In this document: positions 1 to 8,319 of the stretch, one piece after another
Layout: every line of letters starts with the position of its first letter
Position numbering within the stretch: position 1 is the stretch's first letter
Origin: Bacteroidota bacterium
GTDB lineage: Bacteria > Bacteroidota > Bacteroidia > M30B66
Length of the DNA: 38,768 nt
Reading direction: 5' to 3'
NCBI GenBank assembly: GCA_947497195.1
Contig: CANMGM010000002.1
Location: 1 to 38,768, forward strand
Made by a program: the position numbers and the translations under genes
The notes under the pieces: model-generated
Seen by the model: the letters and a program-made list of their open reading frames with translations, nothing else
The model's database searches: none
What the model was told of the DNA's origin: nothing

Positions 1-2057
1 AGCAGCATCAGTGTAGACTTAAATTCTTCGGGATTGCCGGCCAATAAATCCTTCATGCTATTCAAGGCATACAGACGGATATTCCAGAATTTATCGCGAA
101 GTGCTGTCTTAATCAATTCAGAACTTCCGGGCAGCGAAAGATCTTCTACAATCTTCTCCAGCCCCGAGAAACGATCGCCATAGAGTTTGCCGTTCAGCAA
201 CAACCATTCGGCATCTTCGCGGCGGTTCAGCTGGCGAAGAAAACCAAGGATCATGCGTTCTGCATCGATGTTCACAAAATCGGGCTTCTCGTTTTGCGCT
301 ATGCGGATGGTTTGTTTTACCGAATCCATCGAAATGCGCACACGGCGCGCAGTTCCTCGTACGTAAATATCTACTTCCATTGGAAGCCGAAATGCTCCAT
401 TCGATTCGATATCCTGTACTTGTTCAACTTGAATTTCAAGCGTCTTATTCGCTTCATCCCAGTTCCAGCCTGCTTCTACCGTTGGGTGCCCTTTGCCCAA
501 AAACCACTGATTGAAGAACCAGTTCAAATCTTCGCCCGTTACTTTTTCGAAGGCAAGGCGCAGATGATGGATTTCTGTCGCCTGGAAGCGGTTATCGTTT
601 AGGTACGTTTTTAACGCTTCGAAAAAGGCTTCATCACCCACATATTTTCGAAGCATGTGCAACACGCATCCGCCTTTCTGATATGAATGCCGGTCGAACA
701 TGTCCTCGCGGTTTTCGTAGTCGAAGCGAATCAAGTCTACCTTTTTTCCAAAAGCCTCCTCGATGTATTGATTCAGACCTTCCTGCAAATGAAAATCTGC
801 AGCATCACGACCATACTTATATTCATCCCATAAATATTCGCTGTAGGTTGCGAACGATTCGTTTAACGGCAAATTAGCCCACGACTCGCAGGTTACCAAA
901 TCGCCAAACCAGTGGTGAAAGAGTTCGTGTGCAATAACGCTTTCGTGCGTTTCATCAAGCATTTGCTTGGGCGTTTGCTGCACAAATTCGCCGAAAATGG
1001 TAGCTGTGGTGTTTTCCATAGCGCCCGAAACATAATCGCGCACCACCACCTGCGAATACTTCTGCCATGGATAATCAACCCCCAGTTTTTTGGAGAAAAA
1101 CTCAAGCATCTCGGGTGTGTTTCCGAAAATCTTTTTCGCGTGTGGTTCAAATTCCTTCTCAACGTAGTAATCGACCTCGATTTTGCGCCATTTATCCTTC
1201 ACAATTGCATACTCGCCAATGGCCATCATTGCCAGATACGGCGCATGCGGCTGATCCATTTTCCAGGTATCGCTGCGGGTTCCATCGCTGTTCTTTTTCG
1301 AAGCGGTTTTTAATCCGTTGCTAAGTGTTACATATTTATCAGGAACAGTAATGATGAACTCCTGCGTCATTTTTTCGTTCGGCTTATCGATCGTTGGGAA
1401 CCAGCAAGATGATGATTCGGTTTCGCCTTGTGTCCAGATTTGCGTTGGTTTTGAAGCATCCTCTTCTTTCGGGTCGATGAAGTACAAGCCTTTCGCATCG
1501 GTTATGGCCTCGCTTCCCTTTGCGGTGATGCGCTGCGGATTGGCAGTGTACTGAACATAAACGCGGTAACTTTCATTGCGGGTGTACGTTTTACCCAAGC
1601 TAATTCGTATCTGATCGTTCTCATAACGATACTGCAAATCGCTCATGTTTCCTTGCTTATCGAGCATCGCCAAACGATACAGATCGAACGATTTGGCATC
1701 GAGAATCAATGAATCGACCGGATACCAGTATGGCTTGAAATCGAGTGTAGCTTTCCCGAACAATTGTTGTTTGGGAATATCGAAGCTTACTTCGAGTCTG
1801 GTATGTAACAAATCGTTAAGGCGTGTTGCCGAAGGATTGTAGCGGCGTTCCAATCGGTTGAGCGATGCGCTGCTGTCTGATTGATTTTCGTTCAATGCAT
1901 CGAGCAAGGCCTGCATGAATTCGTTGTTCTGCATGGATGAATCCATAGCCGTTGTATCGGTTGAGGCAGTTTCTGCGGCCTTCTTTTTTACTTTACAGGC
2001 GTTGGTTAGTGATAGCATCCCGATTACCAGCGCGAGAATCCAGATCGATTTGTTCAT
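1..2057 (-). CDS. M1-family zinc aminopeptidase (aminopeptidase N-like) with a lipoprotein-type signal peptide; its C-terminus lies beyond the left edge
   Basis: It is absent from the ORF track because its stop codon is outside the window. The reverse-strand ATG at 2057 gives MNKSIWILALVIGMLSLTNAC. In the same frame, GAMEN is at 1011-1025 and HELFHHWFGDLVTCESWANLPLNE (HEXXH-X18-E) at 858-929. I checked by hand that the frame is open at both ends. Confidence 0.85.
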   Translation of the reverse strand, partial: MNKSIWILALVIGMLSLTNACKVKKKAAETASTDTTAMDSSMQNNEFMQALLDALNENQSDSSASLNRLERRYNPSATRLNDLLHTRLEVSFDIPKQQLFGKATLDFKPYWYPVDSLILDAKSFDLYRLAMLDKQGNMSDLQYRYENDQIRISLGKTYTRNESYRVYVQYTANPQRITAKGSEAITDAKGLYFIDPKEEDASKPTQIWTQGETESSSCWFPTIDKPNEKMTQEFIITVPDKYVTLSNGLKTASKKNSDGTRSDTWKMDQPHAPYLAMMAIGEYAIVKDKWRKIEVDYYVEKEFEPHAKKIFGNTPEMLEFFSKKLGVDYPWQKYSQVVVRDYVSGAMENTTATIFGEFVQQTPKQMLDETHESVIAHELFHHWFGDLVTCESWANLPLNESFATYSEYLWDEYKYGRDAADFHLQEGLNQYIEEAFGKKVDLIRFDYENREDMFDRHSYQKGGCVLHMLRKYVGDEAFFEALKTYLNDNRFQATEIHHLRLAFEKVTGEDLNWFFNQWFLGKGHPTVEAGWNWDEANKTLEIQVEQVQDIESNGAFRLPMEVDIYVRGTARRVRISMDSVKQTIRIAQNEKPDFVNIDAERMILGFLRQLNRREDAEWLLLNGKLYGDRFSGLEKIVEDLSLPGSSELIKTALRDKFWNIRLYALNSMKDLLAGNPEEFKSTLML

Positions 2058-2177
2058 GAAGAAAAATTTGGTGTGCAAATATGAGAACTTTGTTTCGACT
2101 TTTGGGATAACGCATCGCTAAATGTTTGATTGTTTGCTTGTGCGTTAACCTCGCTTATTCCTTTTTACCTTCGCGGC

Positions 2178-2723
2178 ATGCAAAAAACTACGTTTGAATC
2201 TGATCGTATCGAAGTAACCCAAAGCAAAGATCGTTTTGAGATTCGTATCGGCGCAAAAATTCCTGCATCTCAATTTGCCATGCTCAGCGCATGGCTTTTG
2301 GCATGGACCGTCGCCGGAATTTACGTACTCTCACAGGTCTTTACCATGCAGGGCGATTCGCAGATTTTCATGGTAGTTTGGCTTGCATTCTGGGCCTATT
2401 TCGAATACCGTATCGGCTCGGCCTGGCTTTGGCGCAAATACGGGCGCGAAGTATTCCGCATAGAAGGCAATGAAGTGCAATTGCGTTTCGAAGTAGCATA
2501 CGGGGGTAGGGCAGAGACCTTGATGCGTGAGGACATCAAAGGATTTCACAACCTCGATAAAGACAAATCGGCTTTTGTAAAAAGTTTCTATGCTTCATTT
2601 TGGGTAATCGGCGGAGAAACAATCGGTTTTTTTTACAAAGGACGAATCAAAACCTTTGGCCGACAGATTTCTTCGAACGATGCCGATAAGCTCATCAACT
2701 TAATTAAAAAACACCTGGCATGA
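2178..2723 (+). CDS. Hypothetical membrane protein with two predicted TM helices and a soluble C-terminal domain
   Basis: ORF 2130-2723 begins at a TTG. The first ATG (2178) gives MQKTTFESDR. Two hydrophobic stretches are visible (FAMLSAWLLAWTVAGIYVLSQVF and IFMVVWLAFWAYF). Its stop overlaps the next start as ATGA at 2720-2723. Confidence 0.55.
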   Translation: MQKTTFESDRIEVTQSKDRFEIRIGAKIPASQFAMLSAWLLAWTVAGIYVLSQVFTMQGDSQIFMVVWLAFWAYFEYRIGSAWLWRKYGREVFRIEGNEVQLRFEVAYGGRAETLMREDIKGFHNLDKDKSAFVKSFYASFWVIGGETIGFFYKGRIKTFGRQISSNDADKLINLIKKHLA

Positions 2724-3688
2724 GCGCGAATTTTAGTTTAGGCGATGTAGTTCGGCCGCTTAACGAAACAGGAGAAGGAACCGTAACGGGATTTCGCAAA
2801 GACGGCACCGTGCTGGTAACCCTTCAGGATGGTTTCGAAATCCCTTTTCTTCCGAAACAGCTAGTTTTAATTCGCCGCACAACAGAGGAAAAAGTTGCGA
2901 CGCATTCGACTGTTTCATCGCGTGTTCAAAGCCTTCCGGGCGATAGTATTTACTTGCTTTTTTCGTCAGAGGCCCCCTTGCGCAGTGAGGCACAATTGGC
3001 ACTTCATATGGCCAATTCGTTTAAAGATGCCGTGTATGTTACCGTATATGGCATCGAAGGAAGAATGCACCGACTTATTTCAAGTTCGGTGGTAAGTTCT
3101 AAGCAGGTCAACAAGCTGCATACGATGGCGCTGAAGGATTTGATTGCATTCGACCGGCTATTTGCACAAGTGCTTTTTATGCCTGCTGCTTCTGAATCGA
3201 TTCCTGCACCGCAAGCTGCCGTAATCAGGCATCAGGTGCCTGCCCTGGCCGATCCGGCTTCATGGATCATGCAGGAAGTCCTCGCAGCCCGTGGATTGCA
3301 TTTCAAAGTCTGTGGTGGAAATTCTCAGGTAGAGGAAAAGAAAAAAACGGAACCATCACCAAGAATTCAGCCTGCAATACAGCGCGAAGAATTTATCTTA
3401 TCGGAACGCGATGGCTACCTTGAAATCGATTTACACATCGAGGAATTGATCGAAGACACCGCCGGAATGGACAATGCCGCCATCATTCAGCATCAGTTAC
3501 GTGTGTTTGGAAAGTGTATCGACGAAGCCCGTGCACGTCGTTTATGGAAGTTTGTGGCTATTCACGGTGTGGGAAAAGGCGTGCTGCGCGATGCGGTGCG
3601 TAATCGTATTAAGGAGGAAGGCCTTCAATTTCAGGATGCGTCGTACCAACGCTATGGTTATGGTGCAACGGAGGTGTTGATGCGGTGA
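2720..3688 (+). CDS. Smr (MutS2-related small nuclease) domain protein with a DUF2027-like N-terminal region
   Basis: The C-terminal ~80 aa read DLHIEELIE...RRLWKFVAIHGVGKGVLRDAVRNRIKEE...GATEVLMR, which matches the Smr pattern (hG.G.G.L+..V). The N-terminal region resembles the Bacteroidota DUF2027-Smr architecture. Confidence 0.75.
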   Translation: MSANFSLGDVVRPLNETGEGTVTGFRKDGTVLVTLQDGFEIPFLPKQLVLIRRTTEEKVATHSTVSSRVQSLPGDSIYLLFSSEAPLRSEAQLALHMANSFKDAVYVTVYGIEGRMHRLISSSVVSSKQVNKLHTMALKDLIAFDRLFAQVLFMPAASESIPAPQAAVIRHQVPALADPASWIMQEVLAARGLHFKVCGGNSQVEEKKKTEPSPRIQPAIQREEFILSERDGYLEIDLHIEELIEDTAGMDNAAIIQHQLRVFGKCIDEARARRLWKFVAIHGVGKGVLRDAVRNRIKEEGLQFQDASYQRYGYGATEVLMR

Positions 3689-3765
3689 TATATTCCGCTT
3701 TTTAATCGTGAATTCATGGGGAGTCAAACGAAAATTCTTAATTTGGTAACACGAGAATTGTTGGC

Positions 3766-4779
3766 ATGACATTGAAAATTAATGAGCACTCAGCCGATTT
3801 ATTGCAGGATATTTCTGCGCTAATTGAAGCAAGCCGGCAACATGTCGCACGTGTTGCGAATAGCACACTCACGCTTTTGTTTTGGCAGGTTGGTAAACGC
3901 ATTAACGATGAAATTTTAAAGAATGAACGTGCTGAATATGGAAAGCAGATTGTTACTTTTATTTCTGATCAACTAAAAGGACGTTATGGTAGGAATTTTA
4001 GTGAGAGGAATGTAAGAAGGATGGTTCAGTTCTCCATTGATTTTAGTGACTTCGCAATTGTGTCGCCACTGGCGACACAATTGAGCTGGTCGCATTTTAT
4101 AGAGTTATTTTCTTTGAAATCAATGGAATCCAAACTCTATTACGCACAAAATGCAATCGAACAACGATGGGGGAAGCGAGAGCTACACAATCAAATTGTT
4201 CGAAAAGCATTTGAACGGAACGAAATTGCAAATAGTCAGGTAACATCATCCGATACGGAACTCAAAAATGTATTCAAGGATCCTTACGTTCTAGATTTTC
4301 TCAATTTATCGAATGCCTATCAGGAACAAGACCTGGAAGCTGCAATTTTAATCGAACTTGAAAAGTTTATTCTGGAGTTGGGAAAAGGGTTCGCATTCAT
4401 GGAACGCCAGAAGCGGTTAATTATCGACGGGGAAGATTTCTACATCGATTTACTTTTCTACAACCGCAATTTAAAACGACTGGTTGCCATTGAGCTGAAG
4501 CTTGGTAAGTTCAAATCAGCTTATAAAGGACAGATGGAGTTGTATTTAAAGTGGCTCAGTAAATATGAGAAACAGGAAGGCGAGAATGAACCAATTGGCC
4601 TCATACTATGCGCCGAAAGCAATAAGGAACAAGTCGAACTTCTCGAAATGCACAAGGATGGAATTTTAGTTTCGGAGTATTGGACGGTAATGCCACCAAA
4701 AAAAGAAATGGAAGCTAAACTCCATCAACTGCTTATCGAAGCCCGCGAGCGAATCGAACGAAACAAACAAATTGAATAG
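3766..4779 (+). CDS. DUF1016 / YhcG-family PD-(D/E)xK nuclease domain protein
   Basis: The N-terminus (IEASRQHVARVANSTLTLLFWQVGKRINDEIL...AEYGKQIV) and LSWSHF are typical of YhcG. The nuclease core is FYIDLLFYNRNLKRLVAIELKLGKF, with D at 4447-4449 and E-x-K at 4492-4500. Confidence 0.85.
   Translation: MTLKINEHSADLLQDISALIEASRQHVARVANSTLTLLFWQVGKRINDEILKNERAEYGKQIVTFISDQLKGRYGRNFSERNVRRMVQFSIDFSDFAIVSPLATQLSWSHFIELFSLKSMESKLYYAQNAIEQRWGKRELHNQIVRKAFERNEIANSQVTSSDTELKNVFKDPYVLDFLNLSNAYQEQDLEAAILIELEKFILELGKGFAFMERQKRLIIDGEDFYIDLLFYNRNLKRLVAIELKLGKFKSAYKGQMELYLKWLSKYEKQEGENEPIGLILCAESNKEQVELLEMHKDGILVSEYWTVMPPKKEMEAKLHQLLIEARERIERNKQIE
4055..4083. repeat. Perfect 13-bp inverted repeat with a 3-nt spacer (caattgtgtcgcc act ggcgacacaattg) inside the DUF1016 CDS
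   Basis: Read directly from the sequence; the two arms are exact reverse complements. The region encodes AIVSPLATQL. Confidence 0.95.
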
Positions 4780-4826
4780 TGTTCATTCATGGATAAATAA
4801 CAATTCATCCACAATTAATGAACACT
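4778..4826. repeat. Imperfect hairpin overlapping the DUF1016 stop codon: 10-bp outer stem (agtgttcatt / aatgaacact) and 5-bp inner stem (tggat / atcca)
   Basis: Arms read directly from the sequence. No U-tract follows on the + strand, so it is not a canonical intrinsic terminator. Confidence 0.6.
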
Positions 4827-4850
4827 GCAAAAAAGTAGGCCGCCAAGCTT

Positions 4851-4858
4851 TACATTTG
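4851..4858 (+). promoter_or_regulatory. Candidate Bacteroidota -7 promoter box TACATTTG upstream of carB
   Basis: It matches the TAnnTTTG consensus and lies 22 nt upstream of the carB ATG. No clear -33 TTTG sits at the expected spacing. Confidence 0.3.
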
Positions 4859-4880
4859 CACTCCGGTTATCTCCGGAAAT

Positions 4881-7694
4881 ATGCCCAAAAATTCTTCCAT
4901 CCGCTCAGTATTAATCATCGGAAGCGGTCCCATTATCATAGGTCAGGCCTGTGAATTCGATTACTCAGGTTCTCAGGCTGCGCGTTCACTGCGCGACGAA
5001 GGCATCGAAGTTTCACTCATCAACAGCAATCCGGCAACGATCATGACCGACAAGGTTTCGGCCGATTATGTTTATCTGTTGCCTTTAACCGTTCAGAGCA
5101 TTGTTAAAATTCTGGAGGAACGTAAAATCGATGCTGTACTGCCAACAATGGGCGGGCAAACGGCTCTGAATCTTTGTAAAAAAGCCGATGAATTGGGAAT
5201 CTGGAAGAAATACAACATCCAGATTATTGGAGTCGATATTGATGCGATAGAAAAAACCGAAAACCGCGAGCAATTCAGACAACTGTGTGTTGATTTGCAT
5301 GTTGGTGTTCCTCCATCGCAGGTTGCCAATTCGTTTTTGGAAGGAAAAGAAATTGCACAACGTATTGGCTTTCCTTTGGTAATTCGCCCCTCGTACACTT
5401 TAGGTGGAACGGGTGGTGCTTTCGTACATCGGCGCGAAGATTTTGACGAACTGCTCAACCGCGGCTTGCACGCCTCGCCGATTCACGAAGTATTGATCGA
5501 AAAGGCGTTGTTTGGATGGAAGGAGTTTGAGCTCGAATTGCTACGCGACGCAAATGACAATGTAATTATCATCTGCTCAATCGAGAATTTCGATCCGATG
5601 GGCATTCATACCGGCGATTCAATTACCGTTGCACCGGCAATGACTTTAAGCGATACGGCCTTTCAGCGGATGCGCGATATGGCGATTAAACTCATGCGCG
5701 CCATCGGAAATTTTTCGGGAGGCTGCAACGTACAGTTTGCGCTTGATCCGGAAACGGAAGATATCATTGCAATCGAAATCAATCCGCGCGTGAGTCGTTC
5801 ATCAGCACTTGCATCGAAAGCTACAGGCTATCCAATTGCTAAGATTGCAGCAAAACTGGCTATTGGTTATCATCTCGACGAGTTGATGAATCCGGTAACA
5901 GGAACTACCACAGCCTTTTTCGAACCTACGCTCGACTACGTTATCGTGAAGATTCCACGCTGGAACTTCAATAAATTCAAGAATGCCGATAAATCGCTTG
6001 GCCTGCAAATGAAGTCGGTTGGTGAGGTGATGGGCATCGGGCGTTCGTTTCAGGAAGCCTTGCAAAAAGCTTGTCAGAGTCTCGAGATAAGCCGCAATGG
6101 ATTGGGTGCAGATGGGAAAGATTTACGAAATCCGGATGCGGTTGTCGAAAGTTTAAAGAATCCAAGCTGGAATCGTCTTTTTCACGTAAAGGATGCTTTT
6201 ACCATGGGCATTCCGTTTAAAACCATCCACAAGCTAACGCGCATCGATCCTTGGTTTTTGCACCAGATCGACGATATGGTGCAGTTGGAGAGGATTATTG
6301 AGCGACATTCTGTGAATTCCATTCCACGCGATTTGATGTTTGAGGCCAAGCGTAAAGGATATGCCGACCGTCAGATTGCATATTTGCTGCGTTGCCTCGA
6401 AAGTGAGGTGTTCAAGAAGCGCCAGGAAATGGACATTCGGCGCGTCTACAAACAGGTCGACACTTGCGCTGCCGAATTCGAAGCCAAAACAGCATATTAC
6501 TATTCAACATTCGAAGAAGAAAACGAGAGCATCGCAAGCGATCGGAAGAAAATCGTGGTATTGGGTTCGGGGCCCAACCGCATCGGACAGGGAATTGAAT
6601 TCGATTACAGCTGCGTTCATGGGGTCTTGGCCGCGAAGGAATGCGGTTACGAAACTATCATGATTAATTGCAATCCCGAAACAGTGAGTACCGATCCCGA
6701 CATTGCTGATAAGCTGTATTTCGAGCCGGTTTTCTGGGAGCACATCTACGATATTATTCTACACGAAAAGCCCGAAGGTGTCATCGTACAATTGGGCGGA
6801 CAAACGGCGTTAAAGCTTGCGGAGAAGCTCGATCGGTATGGAATTAAGATTATCGGAACTTCATACAAGAGTCTCGATTTAGCCGAAGACCGCGGTTCGT
6901 TCTCAACCTTGTTGCGCGAACACAATATTCCGTATCCGAAATTTGGTGTCATCGAGCATGCCGATCAGGCCTCAGCATTATCGCGCGAGCTAGGTTTCCC
7001 ACTGTTGGTTCGTCCGAGTTATGTACTGGGTGGGCACAATATGAAAATCGTGATTAACGAAGAAGAGCTCGAGAATCATGTGGTCGATTTGCTGAAAGAC
7101 ATTCCGGGAAATAAAGTACTGCTCGATCATTTCCTCGACAATGCTGTTGAGGCCGAGAGCGATTCGATTTGCGACGGAGAGCAGGTATATATTATTGGGG
7201 TTATGGAGCATATCGAGCCTGCCGGAATTCACTCGGGCGATTCGAATGCGACCTTGCCACCGTTCAGCCTTTCGGAAGATGTAATTCGCCAAATTGAAGT
7301 GCATACACAAACCATTGCATTGGCTATGAACACCAAAGGATTGTTAAATATTCAGTTCGCCATTAAGAACGGTATTGTGTATGTTATTGAAGCAAATCCG
7401 AGAGCTTCGCGCACGGTGCCATTTATTTGCAAGGCATACGATGAGCCTTATGTAAATTATGCTACAAAGGTAATGTTGGGGCACAACAAAGTGAGCGACT
7501 TTAAATTTGAGCCTAGAAAGAAAGGATTTGCGATAAAAATTCCAGTGTTTTCGTTCGATAAGTTTCCAGGCGTAAACAAGGAGCTTGGGCCCGAAATGAA
7601 GTCAACCGGCGAAGCAATTCAGTTTATCGATAATCTTCAGGATGAGTTATTCCTGAAATTATACGAGGAACGGAATCTCTATTTGAGCAGATAG
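4881..7694 (+). CDS. carB: Carbamoyl-phosphate synthase large subunit, short 937-aa form without the C-terminal MGS-like allosteric domain
   Basis: The N-terminus reads VLIIGSGPIIIGQACEFDYSGSQA, and the second half repeats it as IVVLGSGPNRIGQGIEFDYSCVH. Two ATP-grasp halves and an oligomerisation region are present. The protein ends shortly after GPEMKSTGEA. Confidence 0.95.
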   Translation: MPKNSSIRSVLIIGSGPIIIGQACEFDYSGSQAARSLRDEGIEVSLINSNPATIMTDKVSADYVYLLPLTVQSIVKILEERKIDAVLPTMGGQTALNLCKKADELGIWKKYNIQIIGVDIDAIEKTENREQFRQLCVDLHVGVPPSQVANSFLEGKEIAQRIGFPLVIRPSYTLGGTGGAFVHRREDFDELLNRGLHASPIHEVLIEKALFGWKEFELELLRDANDNVIIICSIENFDPMGIHTGDSITVAPAMTLSDTAFQRMRDMAIKLMRAIGNFSGGCNVQFALDPETEDIIAIEINPRVSRSSALASKATGYPIAKIAAKLAIGYHLDELMNPVTGTTTAFFEPTLDYVIVKIPRWNFNKFKNADKSLGLQMKSVGEVMGIGRSFQEALQKACQSLEISRNGLGADGKDLRNPDAVVESLKNPSWNRLFHVKDAFTMGIPFKTIHKLTRIDPWFLHQIDDMVQLERIIERHSVNSIPRDLMFEAKRKGYADRQIAYLLRCLESEVFKKRQEMDIRRVYKQVDTCAAEFEAKTAYYYSTFEEENESIASDRKKIVVLGSGPNRIGQGIEFDYSCVHGVLAAKECGYETIMINCNPETVSTDPDIADKLYFEPVFWEHIYDIILHEKPEGVIVQLGGQTALKLAEKLDRYGIKIIGTSYKSLDLAEDRGSFSTLLREHNIPYPKFGVIEHADQASALSRELGFPLLVRPSYVLGGHNMKIVINEEELENHVVDLLKDIPGNKVLLDHFLDNAVEAESDSICDGEQVYIIGVMEHIEPAGIHSGDSNATLPPFSLSEDVIRQIEVHTQTIALAMNTKGLLNIQFAIKNGIVYVIEANPRASRTVPFICKAYDEPYVNYATKVMLGHNKVSDFKFEPRKKGFAIKIPVFSFDKFPGVNKELGPEMKSTGEAIQFIDNLQDELFLKLYEERNLYLSR

Positions 7695-7852
7695 ACAATT
7701 CATAAAACTCAGATAAACGGTGGAACAAGGAGAATTTTAAAATTGTCTTTTTTCAAGTGGATCGCTATTCATGTGCAATCCAAGTAAACATGAAACAATA
7801 AAATTCCAGACTCACCTTTAAGGTGCAGTATGCGGTCAGTAGTAAATGGAGT

Positions 7853-8212
7853 TTATTTTTTGGTTTTGTGCTTCCTTGGCACATAAGCCGTAGGAGCTTC
7901 CAAATACCCTTTAAAGTTTCTAACTCCTGGTGTTATACCGCCCAACTCTATGTCTAGAGCACAGGCAATCTTAACCAACGTTAAAACCTGAGGGTTTGAT
8001 TTTCCATTTTCAATTACCGATAAATTCGGTACTTCCAAGCCAATACGAAAAGCCAAATCGGCTTGCGACATTCTAAGCTCTTTTCGCCTTTCCTTAATAG
8101 CTTGACCTAACCTTACGAGATATTCCTGATCTGTTTTCACCACACTGCGAAGCAACAATTCAATTTTGATATTTGCCTTATACCAAAGTATAAAAAATTT
8201 ATTACATATCAA
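7853..8212 (-). CDS. XRE-family helix-turn-helix transcriptional regulator; the true start is probably internal
   Basis: The HTH reads LGQAIKERRKELRMSQADLAFRIGLEVPNLSVIENGKSNPQVLTLVKIACAL. The ORF's first ~20 codons (TTG at 8212) are AT-rich and look non-coding. TTG at 8158/8155 or GTG at 8143 are more plausible starts. Confidence 0.7.
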   Translation of the reverse strand: MICNKFFILWYKANIKIELLLRSVVKTDQEYLVRLGQAIKERRKELRMSQADLAFRIGLEVPNLSVIENGKSNPQVLTLVKIACALDIELGGITPGVRNFKGYLEAPTAYVPRKHKTKK

Positions 8213-8261
8213 TCAAATATCTTTGAAAGACTATTTTTCTGATTATTAGGTGTTAAGAAAT

Positions 8262-8292
8262 AAAAAAGGGCCAATTCTATCGAATTAGCCCT
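8262..8292 (-). terminator. Rho-independent terminator downstream of the PKD-protein gene
   Basis: The minus strand reads agggctaattc-gata-gaattggccct followed by TTTTTTATTT. The stem is 11 bp with one G-U pair. Confidence 0.75.
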
Positions 8293-8319
8293 ATTGATTT
8301 TCAACAACCAAATTGAAAC

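Noticed and set aside
912-1313. ORF-track entries on the + strand within 294-2121 (for example 912-1313 and 1318-1554), plus the minus-strand ORF 893-1162
   Set aside because: They lie antisense to, or out of frame with, the M1 aminopeptidase reading frame, which carries GAMEN and HEXXH-X18-E. Their translations are Arg/Cys/Phe-rich with no protein-like pattern, so they are shadow ORFs.
3708-4795. Shared ttcatgg words on both sides of the DUF1016 gene (about 3713-3719 and 4786-4792) as possible target-site duplication
   Set aside because: The identity is only 7 bp with unrelated context. That is too short to distinguish from chance without a computational search.
4805-4813. DnaA-box-like 9-mer TCATCCACA between the DUF1016 gene and carB
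   Set aside because: It is a single copy with one mismatch to TTATCCACA. There is no cluster and no dnaA or AT-rich unwinding element nearby, so chance is the likely explanation.
7693-7754. Hairpin agacaatt...aattgtct plus a T6 run after carB, and the near-palindrome gagaattttaaaattgtc, as the carB terminator
   Set aside because: The 8-bp arms are separated by a 40-nt loop, and the inner palindrome is almost pure A/T. It is plausible as a weak terminator, but not convincing enough to list as a feature.
7830-7886. 18-codon hydrophobic ORF (MRSVVNGVYFLVLCFLGT) antisense to the 3' end of the XRE gene, considered as a type I toxin-like peptide
   Set aside because: It has no promoter or terminator signals and no supporting structure. 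Short hydrophobic ORFs arise easily in T-rich sequence.
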